Below, piece after piece: positions 13,245-24,700 of a stretch of DNA of 64,000 bases. Location of the stretch: positions 660,982,001-661,046,000 of the forward strand of contig NC_067399.1 of assembly GCF_016432865.1 (NCBI RefSeq), in the 5' to 3' direction. Source of the stretch: Antechinus flavipes. Taxonomy: Eukaryota. Each line of letters opens with the position of its first letter. Position 1 is the stretch's first letter. A program made the position numbers and the translations under genes. The notes under the pieces were generated by a model that searched no databases, was not told where the DNA came from, and saw nothing but the letters and a program-made list of their open reading frames with translations.

Positions 13245-13790
13245 AGTATTCTTTTATTTTTAAATTATTGACTTCCAAATTCTTTCTCTCCTATCTCTGC
13301 CCCATCTGCTGAGAAGGCAAGCAAATTGAGAGCAATTAATTATACATGTGAAATCATGCAAAGCATAATGGTATCACTGGGTCAAAGAGTATGCATAGTT
13401 TTATAGTCCTTTGGGCATAGTTTCAAATTGTTCTTCAGAAAGGTAGAACTGGTTCACAGTACCAACAATGTACCTATTTTTCCCTTATCCCCTCTAGCAT
13501 CTGTCATTTCCAAAAAAATAAATAAATAAATAAGTATGAAGTAGGGCTTCAGAGTTATTTTAATCTGCATTTTTATAGTCAATAGTGATTTTAGGGTACC
13601 TTTTCACATGATTTTAAAGAGCTTTTCATTTTTTCTTCTGAAAACTTTCTGTTCATATCTTTTGACCATTTATCAATTGGAAAATGAATATTATTTTTTT
13701 AGAAATTTGACTCACTTCCTTATATATTTAGAAATGAGGCCTTTTTTTCTAGAAAAACATTTCAAAAAGAAATTTGTTAATGTTCTGGGA
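13245..13790 (-). mobile_element. Old L1 3' portion (3'UTR plus ORF2 C-terminus, internally deleted)
   Basis: Antisense phrases ctgggtcaaagagtatgcatagtttt...; ctgttcatatctttgaccatttatcaattgg. Confidence 0.8.
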
Positions 13791-13849
13791 TGACCAGCTG
13801 TAAATAACTTTGCTGTTCTCAACAGTACAAAGTATTCATGCTCACACTG

Positions 13850-13960
13850 ATGAAAAATCTTATCCATATCCAGAGAAGGAACTGATTTTAAGTCTGACTA
13901 TAAATTGAAGCATAAAAAAATTATTACTCCATGTTTTTGGTACTTTTCATCAAAAAATGG
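13850..13960 (+). mobile_element. Short L1 3'UTR fragment in the opposite orientation
   Basis: atgaaaaatctatccatatccagagaaggaactgat...gtctgactataaattgaagcat. Confidence 0.55.
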
Positions 13961-14939
13961 TTTCCCTAATTATCTCTTTTAATTAGATCTTCCTGCTTTG
14001 TAGGTATGTTTCTGTTTCAAGTGTGTCTCTTATATTGTTGAATTCTGCTTTCTATCTCCTTCCATTTTATGGATGAGGTCATCCCATTCACATTCACAGT
14101 TGTGATTACTAACTGTGTATTTCCTTCTATTCAAGTTTCTTCTGTTCATTCTTCTCTTCTCTTCTCTTCTCTTCTCTCTCTCTCCTCTCTCTTTAAAAAA
14201 CTGTTTTGCTTTTCCTCCTTTAATCTTTCCTAATTTTTATCATCTTCTCTCCCATATTTCTTCTCCCTTTCTTCTTGTTTCTCTATTGAGTAAGATAGAT
14301 TTCTATACTCAACTGAATGTGTATATGTTTGTATATACATATGCATATGTGTGTGTATACACACACATACACACACACACATGAATGTATATGTATTATT
14401 CCCTCTTTAAACCAATTCCAGTAACAGTGAAGTTCAATTATTGCCTGCCACACTAATCCCTCATTTTCCCCTCCATCAGACAAACTTTCCTACAAGCTTC
14501 TTTTATGTGACAAATTTTTCCCTACTCTACTTTTCTTTTCCCCCTTTTTCCAATGCATCCTACTTTTTTACCCCTTCATCTTTTGTTTGTTTGGTTTTTG
14601 TTTTGGAGAGCATCGCACCATGATTTATTCATCCCCATGCATTCTGTCTATATAGAGGCCTTCTAACTGTACTAATAATGAAAAAGTTCTTAGATGTTAT
14701 ATCTATTCTAGTAGAAATAGTTTAAATGTATTATGTCTCTTTTGATTATAGGTTTACCCTTTCAGACTTTTCTTAAGCCTTTTGTTTGAATGTCAAATTC
14801 TTTCCTTTAGAAATGTTTGAAAGTCTTTTCCTTCATTGAATATCAATTTTTTTTTTTTGCTAACTAATATCCATAGTTTTGCTAAGAAAGTCATCCTTGG
14901 TTACAATCTTAGCTCTTTTGCCTTCTGGAATATTATACT

Positions 14940-15131
14940 CAGGGGTCTTCAAACTTTTTAAATAGGGGGCCAGTTCACTGTCCCTCAGACTGTTGGAGGG
15001 CCGGACTATAGTAAAAACAAAAACTTTGTTTTGTGGGCCTTTAAATAAAGAAACTTCATAGTCCTGGGTGAGGGGGATAATCGTCCTCAACTGCCACATC
15101 TGGTCTGCAGGCTGTAGTTTGAGGACCCCTG
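14940..15131. mobile_element. Non-autonomous hAT MITE, OC1 (OposCharlie1)-like
   Basis: 16-bp TIRs CAGGGGTCTTCAAACT (14940-14955) and AGTTTGAGGACCCCTG (15116-15131), 15/16 identical. Internal gggggccagttcactgtccctcagac..ttggagggccggactatag recalls OC1/nhAT MITEs. It interrupts L1 ORF1, which resumes on both sides. Confidence 0.9.
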
Positions 15132-15468
15132 CATGCCTCCATCCTTTTAACACAGAAACTGCTAAATCTGGTGTGATACTGACTATGGCCCCATAGTTTT
15201 TTAATTGTTTCTTTCAATTTATGTGAATTACTTTCTCCTTGGCCTAGGAGTTCTGGGATTTTTCTACAGTATTCCTGAGAGTTTTCATTTTGAGATTTCT
15301 ATCAGGAGCTAATCAGTGTTTTATTTTATTTTTTTTTCATTTCTGTTTCATGTTCCATATCTAAAATATCTGGGCAATATGCCCTTATAAATTCTTATAA
15401 TATGATCACTAGGATCTTTTAAGAATTTTTCTTTTATTTTTAATTTATGGAATAAAATAAGCATGACT

Positions 15469-15690
15469 TTAAGATAGTCCAATAATTCTTAACTTTTCTC
15501 TCCTCAATCTATTTTCCAAGTCAACTGTTTTTCCAATGACATATTTTACACTTTCTTCTATTTTTTTTTCATTCTTTTGACTTTGTCTTATTATTTCTTG
15601 ATGTCTTGTGGAGTCATTAGCTTCTTCTTCCTCAATTCTAATCTCTAATGAATTATTTTCTTCAGTTAACTTTTGTACCTCTTTTTCCAT
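15469..15690 (-). pseudogene. L1 ORF1p fragment (coiled coil into RRM)
   Basis: MEKEVQKLTEENNSLEIRI...DLENRLRREKLRIIGL matches the L1 ORF1p DLENRSRRxNLRIIGLPE motif. Truncated by stops. Confidence 0.9.
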
Positions 15691-17419
15691 TTGATCAGTT
15701 CTGTTTTTTAAGCTGTTATTTTCTTCAGTATTTTCTATTCCTCTTTTACTAAATTGCTAATTCTGTTTTCACAAATTTCTTCCATTACTCTCATTTTTTA
15801 AAAATTTTTACTCTACCATTATTATATCTTTCTTTAACTCTTCCAGGAGTTTTTTTGAGGTTTGTGTCCAATTAACATATTTTTTCTCTGAAGCTTTGTT
15901 TATAGCTGTTTTCATATTGTTAACTTCTAAGTTTATGTCTTGGTCTTCCTTGATACTGTAGTTATTTTTTATGGACAAGTTCTTTTTTTCTTATTTGCTC
16001 ATTTTTCTAGACCATTTATTGAATTTGAACTTTATGTTAAGGTGGGTTTTGCTCATATAGTCACAGAGAGACACTGTCCCCAGCTCAGATTTTTCCATGT
16101 TCTTAATGTTATTTTGGTAGAACTCCTAAGGTGATATGATCTTGGGAGAGTTGTGGTCACTGCTCTCTTGGTCTGTGTTGGTCTTTATCCAGAAGTGCCC
16201 CTTTTTCCCTGCAACAACAAATGCTAGAGTTCCTTTTCATCCTGGAATTGTGACCAAGTCCCCTGTTCTCCTGCAATCACAAGCACGACTACTCCTTTCC
16301 ACCTTGGAACTGTAATCAGGACCCCTCCTTCCTTGTTACTCATCAGAATTACACCCTGAAACTGAGATCCAGAAGTGTATATGGACAATAGAGTTTGCAA
16401 TTAGTTCCAACTGCTCCCAGTGCCAACAAAGGTTCCCCTGTAATCTCTTTCTGAGCAGTTGTTCAATACACTTACCATATCTGGGCTGAGAGTTCCTGAT
16501 CTTGCTATTGGAACAGTTTCAGCCTCCTCTAGGACCTGCTGCTGATACTGCAATGCTGAGCTCTGGGCCAGCTCTCACTCCAAGTATCACAGATTTCTCT
16601 TACCAACCTCCTAAATTGTCTTGTACTGAAAAAAAAATGTTTCACCCTGATATTTCATTGATTTTACCACTCCAGAATTCAAGTTGAGGCATTATTTTAA
16701 AGTTGTTTATAAGGGAATGTTGGGAGAATTCACCTGGTTGCTGCCCATATCCTGCTCCAAATATTCATGTGGTGAAGGACCACAAGATTATGGAGAATTA
16801 TGGAGAGATGTAAGCCAAATTTCTTAGTTTATCACATAGATAGGGATAGCTCACATTCATATGAATGACTTCAACAGAGTCTTGTCATGTGCAAGGCTCA
16901 AATTATTCAGAGAACCATTCTAACTTTATGTAAAGGCTTTCAGAAGAGTCCCAAATAGTAGAGAAAAAAATGGACTCCACAAAATCATTTTGCATATAGA
17001 TGGAATATAACCTTTATGAAAAGATATGAGTTATAGAGTCACTGAATTAAAAGAGTCATTTTCCCCAATGTATTGATAAACAAATATCCTTGATATAACC
17101 ACACAGAAACAAAACAAAGCAAAACAAAAGTTTTCTAACAATAAGAATAATTAAAATGGATTGGACTATTTGACAAATAGCCATACATTCTTTACTTTGA
17201 AACTCTAAATGGAGGAACACCATCTTCCAGGCAAGACCAATCCATTTTAATTGTTCTAATTGGGTTTTTTGGGTTTTTTTTTTGTTTGTTTGTTTGTTTG
17301 TTTTTTAGAATTGCCTTAATCCATTTCTCTGTAGTTTCTATGCATTGCTCCTTTTTGCAATTGAGGGAAACTATTAGGTTGAGAGATATTGAGTTCAGGT
17401 TTTATAAGGATTCATTCAA

Positions 17420-17770
17420 TATACAGAAATGATTAACCTGAAGAATAGGAGGCTCAGGAGGGATTCATTAGTTTCCTTAAGGTATTTATAGGCTAGTCAT
17501 ATGGAAGATGGATTAGATTTGATCTATGGCTTAAGAAAGAAGAATAAGTACAGATGAATAGAAATAGGAAATAAACAACATTCTAACAATTAGAACTTTC
17601 TCCAAATGGAAAAACCACCCAAGAAGTTGTGGGTTCTCTGCCATTGGAAGTCTACAAGTCAAGACTGTATGATCACTTCTCTGGTTAGTTACAGAGAGAA
17701 CTCTTGCTCAATTATTGAATGCACTAAACAACCTTATAAGACACTTCCAAATTCAAATATCTGGGATTCT
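17420..17770 (+). mobile_element. L3/CR1 3' end
   Basis: aacctgaagaataggaggctcaggagg...catatggaagatggattagattt...ctgccattggaagtctacaagtcaagactg...cttccaaattcaaatatctgggattctatg. Confidence 0.75.
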
Positions 17771-19704
17771 ATGTGTTTAAAATGCATAATATTTCTTTTT
17801 CCTTAGTCATCTTCTCAAATGAGGTTTCTTCCTAAGCACAAAAATGAATGGAGGTATGAATAAATAATGAATGAAGGCATCAAGGACATGTGATGAAAGA
17901 TCTTAGGATATGTAATCAATAGGTCTGTATCTGATTTCAACTGTACCTGATTTCAATTTTCAATCAAAGTGAAATTTCTGCTATTTTCTTTATAGACTCA
18001 TCTCATTACCAGGAGAAAACTTTAGTTCAGAATGACCCTCATATATTAGGGAATTATGTCTTCTGCTCCAATGACCTATTTCTAATTTATTTTTTTCTTA
18101 AATATTAAAAGTTTACATATTCTTAAAGAGACTGCTTAGAAGAATTCAAACTTCCAACAATGTGTATATAGTTACAATAAATGTGTGTATCTATAAATAT
18201 ACATATGTGTGCTCATGTTCATTCATGTATATATTTATACATACATGTGTGTATGCATGTATATTACTTATAGATACTCCAAATGAAATAAAACAGGAGG
18301 TAATGTCAGACAGAAAAATAGTTTCTTGCAGACCATGAAAATAATATAGTTAAATCAAACTTTTTTATATATAATAAAGATCTCTAAGAAATAAGAATCA
18401 ATGGCCAACACGTCTTCAAACAAGGTCATCCTTCACACCTCATCTGTAACCTGAAGGGTGATAACTCAGAAGTTCCACCTAGATTTAAAGCTATAAGCCC
18501 AGACTAAAAGAAGAGAAAGCAATTGGCTTCTTGATAAAAATCTTTAGGAGTAACATAAATTAATCTGGAAAAAATACATTCTATTAAGTTATATAACTAC
18601 CCAACAGAGTTAGAATAATTGATCTTAGTCAAGCTGGATGTGCTTATAGAATTTTCTCTGAAAACAACTTTATTTATGCTCCTATAAAAGCAAAATAATG
18701 TTATAAGTATAATGTACAATGTGCTTTTTTTAAAAAAAAATGCCCTAGAGGGACACAAAAGGATGGAAATCCAAACCAGCATAGAACCTTTAAAAACTAG
18801 AATGATGTAGTTCTTCAAAAAAATGCTCTTTCAGAAAGTATTATAAACATATAAAAATATGTTTTTTATTATATCACCAGTAAGCAGATTTTAGGAAAAA
18901 CAATAAAACATTTTGACATTTTTCAGAAGACAAAATAAAATACATTTTAATCACAGTGAACAAGATAGATTTAAAGCATTGTCTCTATTGAAAAGTCACA
19001 GAATTGTCTCATTGTAAGGCAGAATACAACATAGGTTTGGTGGATATTTGGTTTCTTAGTTTTTTCTAATGGTGTACAATAATTTCCTATCAAGATTTTC
19101 ATTGGCTAAATTAAATAAATGTCCATTAATAACATTCATATTGATAAGGGAGCCAACATCTCCGCATTTACTGAGAAACCAGAGTGGTATCCACTAAACA
19201 CAATTAACTTCTTCCCTACAGAGGCATATATTCTAAAGTTATTCAAGAAAATTAAATTCAACAATATTCTATCAGTCTGATTCTATATCCACTTTTCAAT
19301 ACAGTTTAACTAAGATGTTAAAGACTAAAAAAAAAAATGTTACCCCAAAATGAACAATTTCGATTTCAATCAAGTTGACAGGTCAACTTAATTAAAAACA
19401 TAGACCTTTAAGGATTTTTCCAACAAGTTTTAATCAGTCAACCAACAAAATTCTGAAAATCTGATATAATCTCCATGACAATGATAAGGGAAGTATAGCT
19501 AGAGAAAAGCATGTATCCACAAAGGGAGCTCTCTAAAAACCTCACATTTTTAAAAGATGACTAGAAGCAACTTGAAAGATATATATAAAATAGTAGAGGA
19601 ATAAAGCAATACACAAATGCTATTAAAAAGGCTAAAGCCCAGAATGTGCTCATATTTCTGAAAAATACTAAGGACAAAAAAAAGAGCTTATTTCACTTTT
19701 CTAG

Positions 19705-19789
19705 TGGGAGGTAATTTCTTGTTGGAGAAGAATTGCGTTTTTTCAAACCTACATCCAGAGAAGGAAGAAAAATTTTTAAAGTTTGTCTT
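19705..19789 (+). CDS. Candidate orphan internal coding exon (85 nt; xGGNFLLEKNCVFSNLHPEKEEKFLKFV); gene not identified
   Basis: Acceptor tttcactttttctag|, donor |gtgagt. Only one of three frames is open, and the sequence is not repeat-like. I recognise no homolog. Confidence 0.3.
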
Positions 19790-20159
19790 GTGAGTGTAAC
19801 ACAATTATATAAGACAACAGGCTACTCAGATTATATTTTGTCTTGTTTTTTTCCATCTTCACATTAAGAAGAATGGTACAAAAATGTCTAACCATGGTGG
19901 TGGAGTGTTTGGGGATCTTGTGACCTTTACAGGAAGATTGAGTTGCTCTTACTCACCCCCCACATTTTTTAATTGAATTGTAACTTCTTTCAAGTAGCAT
20001 CTTTCCTTTCATCTCATTCCAAACACAAGGAAAAAATGTAATGACACTTCAAAGATAGCTGTTCACCCTGCCAGCTTCCACTGCTGACAGTGAGCAACCC
20101 ATATCTCAACAAAGCATCTCAACACATAAACCAAACCAGCTTGAGATTAATCAACAGAT

Positions 20160-20495
20160 CTCAAATTAATCAATGACACGGGAGAGGAGAATGTCTACCT
20201 CTATACATGTAAAGAATTCCCCAGCAGAACAGATGAAACAATTTGTTCCAGTGACAATGAAGGTAGCTGAAACAGCCCTGGGGAGAACTTAGAGCTCGCC
20301 AGTGACATCCCCTGCATCCCAGGGCATTGCCAATCATCTTGACTTGTATCTTGTGACTAGACTTTGATGACTGGAAGAGAGAGTTAAATTGGCAATGTTG
20401 CACAACTCTGTTTTACTTAAATCCAATATACACAAGAGTCAAGACAGCAGTCAGTGAGATCATGATTAGGTTCAAAAACAAAGGATAAACAAAAG
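20160..20495 (+). mobile_element. Marsupial RTE-related SINE, longer form
   Basis: Its reverse complement aligns along its length with 63311-63652. Shares its 3' part with 9835-10033. Confidence 0.75.
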
Positions 20496-20899
20496 ACAAA
20501 ATAGCTTCCTCTTATTCTTGTTTATCAGAATCCCTTTAGAATGGAGGGGCTTTCCTTGAGTCACACTATGTACCTCTGTCAAAAGTGCTGCTCATGGAAC
20601 TTGTCCCTGAAAGCAGTAGGCTTTCATCTTTAGTATCCTGATCTCCTTGGTGGTGTCTGAAATAGTCATAATCATAATACCTTTCACATGTTTGTGGAGC
20701 AAATTGAAGACCAAGATACATGAAGAGATAACAAAAAAGAATATAGCTGTTTTAAATTAAATGGGTCAATAAAATGTGATAATTTATATCAAGATATCCT
20801 GAAAAAAACTTGGAGATAAAAGTTTACAAACACTGTCAGTAATAAATGAGGAATCATGGGTAATAAGAAAGACATAACAGCATATAACAAAAGATACCC

Positions 20900-21600
20900 T
20901 GCTCCTCAAAATGTAAATAATTCCAAAATTCCAAAAGCAATGAATTTGATATAGAAAAATAGAAAAATTCCAGGACTGATAAACAGATTTGTTGAGCTCT
21001 TTAAAAACTGAAAAAAAAAAAAAAATGAAGTAGTAAGTACTAGGAACTACTAGAAATAAGGTATGGAAACTTGAATTAATTTAGGATTTTTGATAATTTT
21101 GTGTTGTTGGACCAGAAAATTGAAAGAATACTTAGTATATGTAGTGAATCTGGATTTCATCAAGTCTTTAGATAAAGTCTCTTATCATATCCAAAGGGAT
21201 AAAAAAAGGAAAATCATCATGAATAATAGTATAGAAAGGTAAGTTGGTGGCTATTGAATAATGGTGCACAAAGGGGTTAATCAACTGTTGAGTATCTACC
21301 TGTAGAGAAGTTGCTAGTGTTCTGTTACACAATTCTCCACTTAATCTTTTCTGTTACATGGTCATTTTTATTAAAAATTTGAATTATGACAGTGATTGGA
21401 TGACTTTAACTTTCTAAACACAAAATTGAGAAAGATGATTAATAAATGGATATTAAGGTCAGAATTTGAAAATATAATGATGATAAAACAAAATAAGCAA
21501 TAATAAATTGGAGTAAAGGTGGAAGAAAGTGATATGAAATCAGATTGGGTTTTCTCCCCCCCAAAAAAAAAAAAGATTCAGTAGGTTCTCATTGCCTGAA
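20900..21600 (+). mobile_element. L3/CR1 RT-region relic (5' part of a split element)
   Basis: ctggatttcatcaagtctttagataaagtctc (LDFSKAFDKV-like), then RT-region phrases. Confidence 0.6.
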
Positions 21601-21619
21601 ATAATAATGTGAATCTCAT

Positions 21620-21970
21620 ACCTCCATGTCTTTATTCAAACTATTATCGGTGTTTAGAATGCTTCATTTCATCTCTTTATCTATACAATTTTTCCTCATT
21701 TATTTTAGTCTGACCCAAATGTCATCTCTACCTAGATGCCATGATCTCCTGGTCATTAATGACCTCCTGAAACATTATATCAAACTTTGTTTCATACTTT
21801 TCTACCACATGGATTGTTTAATATCATGTATTAACTTGTGTAAATTATGTCTTTTCCCATTTCTCAGAAGTATGAGGTCAAGTTCTATGTCTTCTCTATC
21901 TTTATATTTTCTCAGTGCCAAGCAAAATAATCTATACATTGTTGTTTCTAGTATTTCTGCACTTGATTCT
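21620..21970 (+). mobile_element. L2 3' end
   Basis: ccaaatgtcatctct...tgtcttttcccatttctcagaagtatgagg...tatctttatattttctcagtgccaagcaaaa. Confidence 0.6.
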
Positions 21971-22039
21971 GCACTTTGAATGAGACTTCTATTACGCAAA
22001 GACTTCAAATGCAGTATGAAAAGTTTTTATAGCTATTAA

Positions 22040-22440
22040 CTAATTACTGAATGACTCAAAAATGTGATTTGCTTGTTGAAAAGCTTACTTGCTATTAGGT
22101 ATCAATGAAAGACAGATAGCGCCTAGAGCAAGAGTAAGAATAATCTCACTGACCTTTGGATTCATCAGTTCCATCCCATCTAGAGTATAGTTCTCAAACT
22201 GCCCATTCAATTTTAAGAGGAATATGAAATTTAGGGGCTATAGAAAGGAAAAGTCACATGCGTTGATAAAGGATGTCAAAACTGCATTTCAAGAACAAAG
22301 TTTAAAAAAACAGGAATATTTGGTCTGAGAAGAAAAAAGACTTGGAGGAAGTATGGTACCTTTCAAGGGCTTTAGGACAGACGACTGATTGGGCTTGTAT
22401 TATACACTCCAATGGGTAAAATTATAGTCAAAGGGTAAAA
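22040..22440 (+). mobile_element. L3/CR1 3' continuation
   Basis: catctagagtatagttctca...attttaagagga...ggaatatttggtctgagaagaaaaaagacttggagg. Confidence 0.6.
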
Positions 22441-23424
22441 TGCACTATTGATTGATTGGTCTGGACACTGACATAGGAAAATACTGGTATGGTAACTCGC
22501 TTTATACTACATATCAATGATTTATCTATGATTTACAGTGTTTAGGATTTGACTAAGGCACCACAAGGAAGCTTTCCCAAGCTCACATAGAGAGTATATG
22601 AGTAGCAGAAACTGAATCCAAATATTCTTGACACTAAAGCTGGTGCGGAGTTCCCCATTCCATAAAGTATTTCTGGGTAAAAATTAACAGAACTTCTGAT
22701 TTTGGTTCAATAGAAAGAATTAGCAAATCAGCTCCTGACATTGATGGAATTAAATGCTTTTTGAATGAAACCTTCATCACTGGAAGTGCAAAAATAAATA
22801 TAATTTTGTAGAGAAGATTTCTTCATTGAGTAGTATATTTAAGAAGATAAAATCTAAGCTCCTTACCACTCTTAGATTCTATACCAAATTTGTAGCTTGT
22901 ATAAACAAAGCCTGAATCACCCACATCTGTTAGTGAATATTGCATAGATTATCAACAAGTTGTTGCTATCTTCTTTTGAGGGTCTTGAAAAGTAGAGCTT
23001 CCAAAGTAGAAAAGCTCTTCTGCAACAAAGATTTCGAAATTAGTCAGGGGACAAATAAGCCAAATTGACAGCAACTGTTGGCATTCTTGGTGAGAAATTG
23101 TCAGTTGATATAAAGAGTTCTTGCAAGGCCACTTATTTTAATGATAGTCTGAATCCAGTTCATGGTTTTGGAGAACCAGTTCCACACAGGGACCACACAT
23201 TTATTGGGATGTCAGAAAGAATAAGAAACTCATGATTTTCCCATCACATTCTACTTTCTTTCCTTTTATTTCACATATTCATAATCTTAATGATTCATGA
23301 CCCAATGGGTCCTGAAATTTTTTGAAAAGATTATCTCACTCTTATTGAAGAGAATTGAAGAACATTGAGAAAATGAATGCTTGTCATATTTCAATACATT
23401 CAGATCAACTTGTCACTTGCAAAT

Positions 23425-23592
23425 GCGTAGTGGGAATCAAAGGACTTCAGTTTGCTTCAAACTTTGCCACTTTCTAGCTGTGTAAAATTAGGCAAGTGGC
23501 TGAACCTCTCTGGGATTCAGTTTTCAGTAAAAGTGCGAGTTTGGATAAAGGTTGGATTCCAAAGTCCCTTCCAGACTAAAATCTATAATCAT
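23425..23592 (+). mobile_element. MIR3-like SINE relic
   Basis: ctagctgtgtaaaattaggcaagtggctgaacctctctgggattcagtttt...gtcccttccagactaaaatctataatc. Confidence 0.65.
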
Positions 23593-23620
23593 ATGATATT
23601 TTAATGAAAGGAGGGCAGCA

Positions 23621-24700
23621 TCCAAAATATATAGAGAACTGACTCAAATTTATAAAAAAATCAAGCCATTCTCCAATTGATAAATGGTCATAGGATATGA
23701 ACAGACAATTTTCAGATGATGAAATTGAAACTATTACCACTCACATGAAAGAGTGTTCCAAATCACTATTGATCAGAGAAATGCAAATTAAGACAACTCT
23801 GAGATATCACTACACACCTGTCAGATTGGCTAAGATGATAGGAAAAAATAATGATGAATGTTGGAGGGGATGCGGGAAAACGGGGACACTGATGCACTGT
23901 TGGTGGAGTTGTGAACGAATCCAACCATTCTGGAGAGCAATCTGGAATTATGCCCAAAAAGTTATCAAACTGTGCATACCCTTTGATCCAGCAGTGTTTC
24001 TATTGGGCTTATACCTCAAAGAGATACTAAAAAAAGGAAAGGGACCTGTATGTGCCAAAATGTTTGTGGCAGCCCTGTTTGTAGTGGCTAGAAACTGGAA
24101 AATGAATGGATGCCCATCCATTGGAGAATGGCTGGGTAAATTGTGGTATATGAATATTATGGAATATTATTGTTCTGTAAGAAATGACCAACAGGATGAA
24201 TACAGAGAGGCTTGGAGAGACCTACATGGACTGATGCTAAGTGAGATGAGCAGAACCAGGAAATCATTATACACTTCGACAACGATATTGTATGAGGATG
24301 TATTCTGATGGAAGTGGATTTCTATGACAAAGAGACCTAACTGAGTTTCAATGGATAAATGATAGACAGAAACAGCTACACCCAAAGAAGGAACACTGGG
24401 AAACGAATGTGAACTATTTGCATTTTTGATTTTCTTCCCGAGTTATTTTTACCTTCTGAATCCAATTCTCCCTGTGCAACAGGAGAACTGTTTGGTTCTG
24501 CAAAAAATGTATTTTATCTATAATATACTGCAACATATTTAACACATATAGGACTGCTTGCCATCTTGGGGGGGGTGGAGGGAAAAAATGAAACATAAGC
24601 AAGTGCAAGGGATAATGTTGTAAAAAATTACCCTGGCATGGATTCTGTCAATACAAAGTTATTATTAAATAAAATAAAATTTAAAAAAAAATAAAAGAAA
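23621..24700 (+). mobile_element. 5'-truncated young marsupial L1 (subtype B)
   Basis: ORF2 C-terminus, 3'UTR and A-rich tail. 15-bp TSD GAAAGGAGGGCAGCA at 23606-23620 and 24701-24715. Confidence 0.97.
23697..24308 (+). pseudogene. L1 ORF2p C-terminal (cysteine-rich/CCHC) fragment, 203 aa, open to the apparent natural stop
   Basis: CSKSLLIREMQIKTTLRYHYTPVRLA...CWRGCGKTGTLMHCWW...AALFVVARNWKMNGCPSIGEWL is diagnostic of L1 ORF2p. A frameshift and a stop lie just upstream. Confidence 0.95.

Larger units (their letters stand above)
13965..16765 (-). mobile_element. Old marsupial L1 5' portion: 5'UTR, ORF1 and start of ORF2
   Basis: ORF1p coiled-coil/RRM peptide at 15469-15690. ORF1 C-terminal motif (WNMIFQKAK-like) around 14870-14939. 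5'UTR with internal ~50-bp repeats at 16200-16370. L1 5' terminus near 16760. Confidence 0.9.

Noticed and set aside
14860-15153. 97-aa minus-strand ORF (MLKGWRHAGVLKLQ...)
   Set aside because: It is a chance chimera of the hAT MITE and flanking L1 ORF1 sequence, not a gene.
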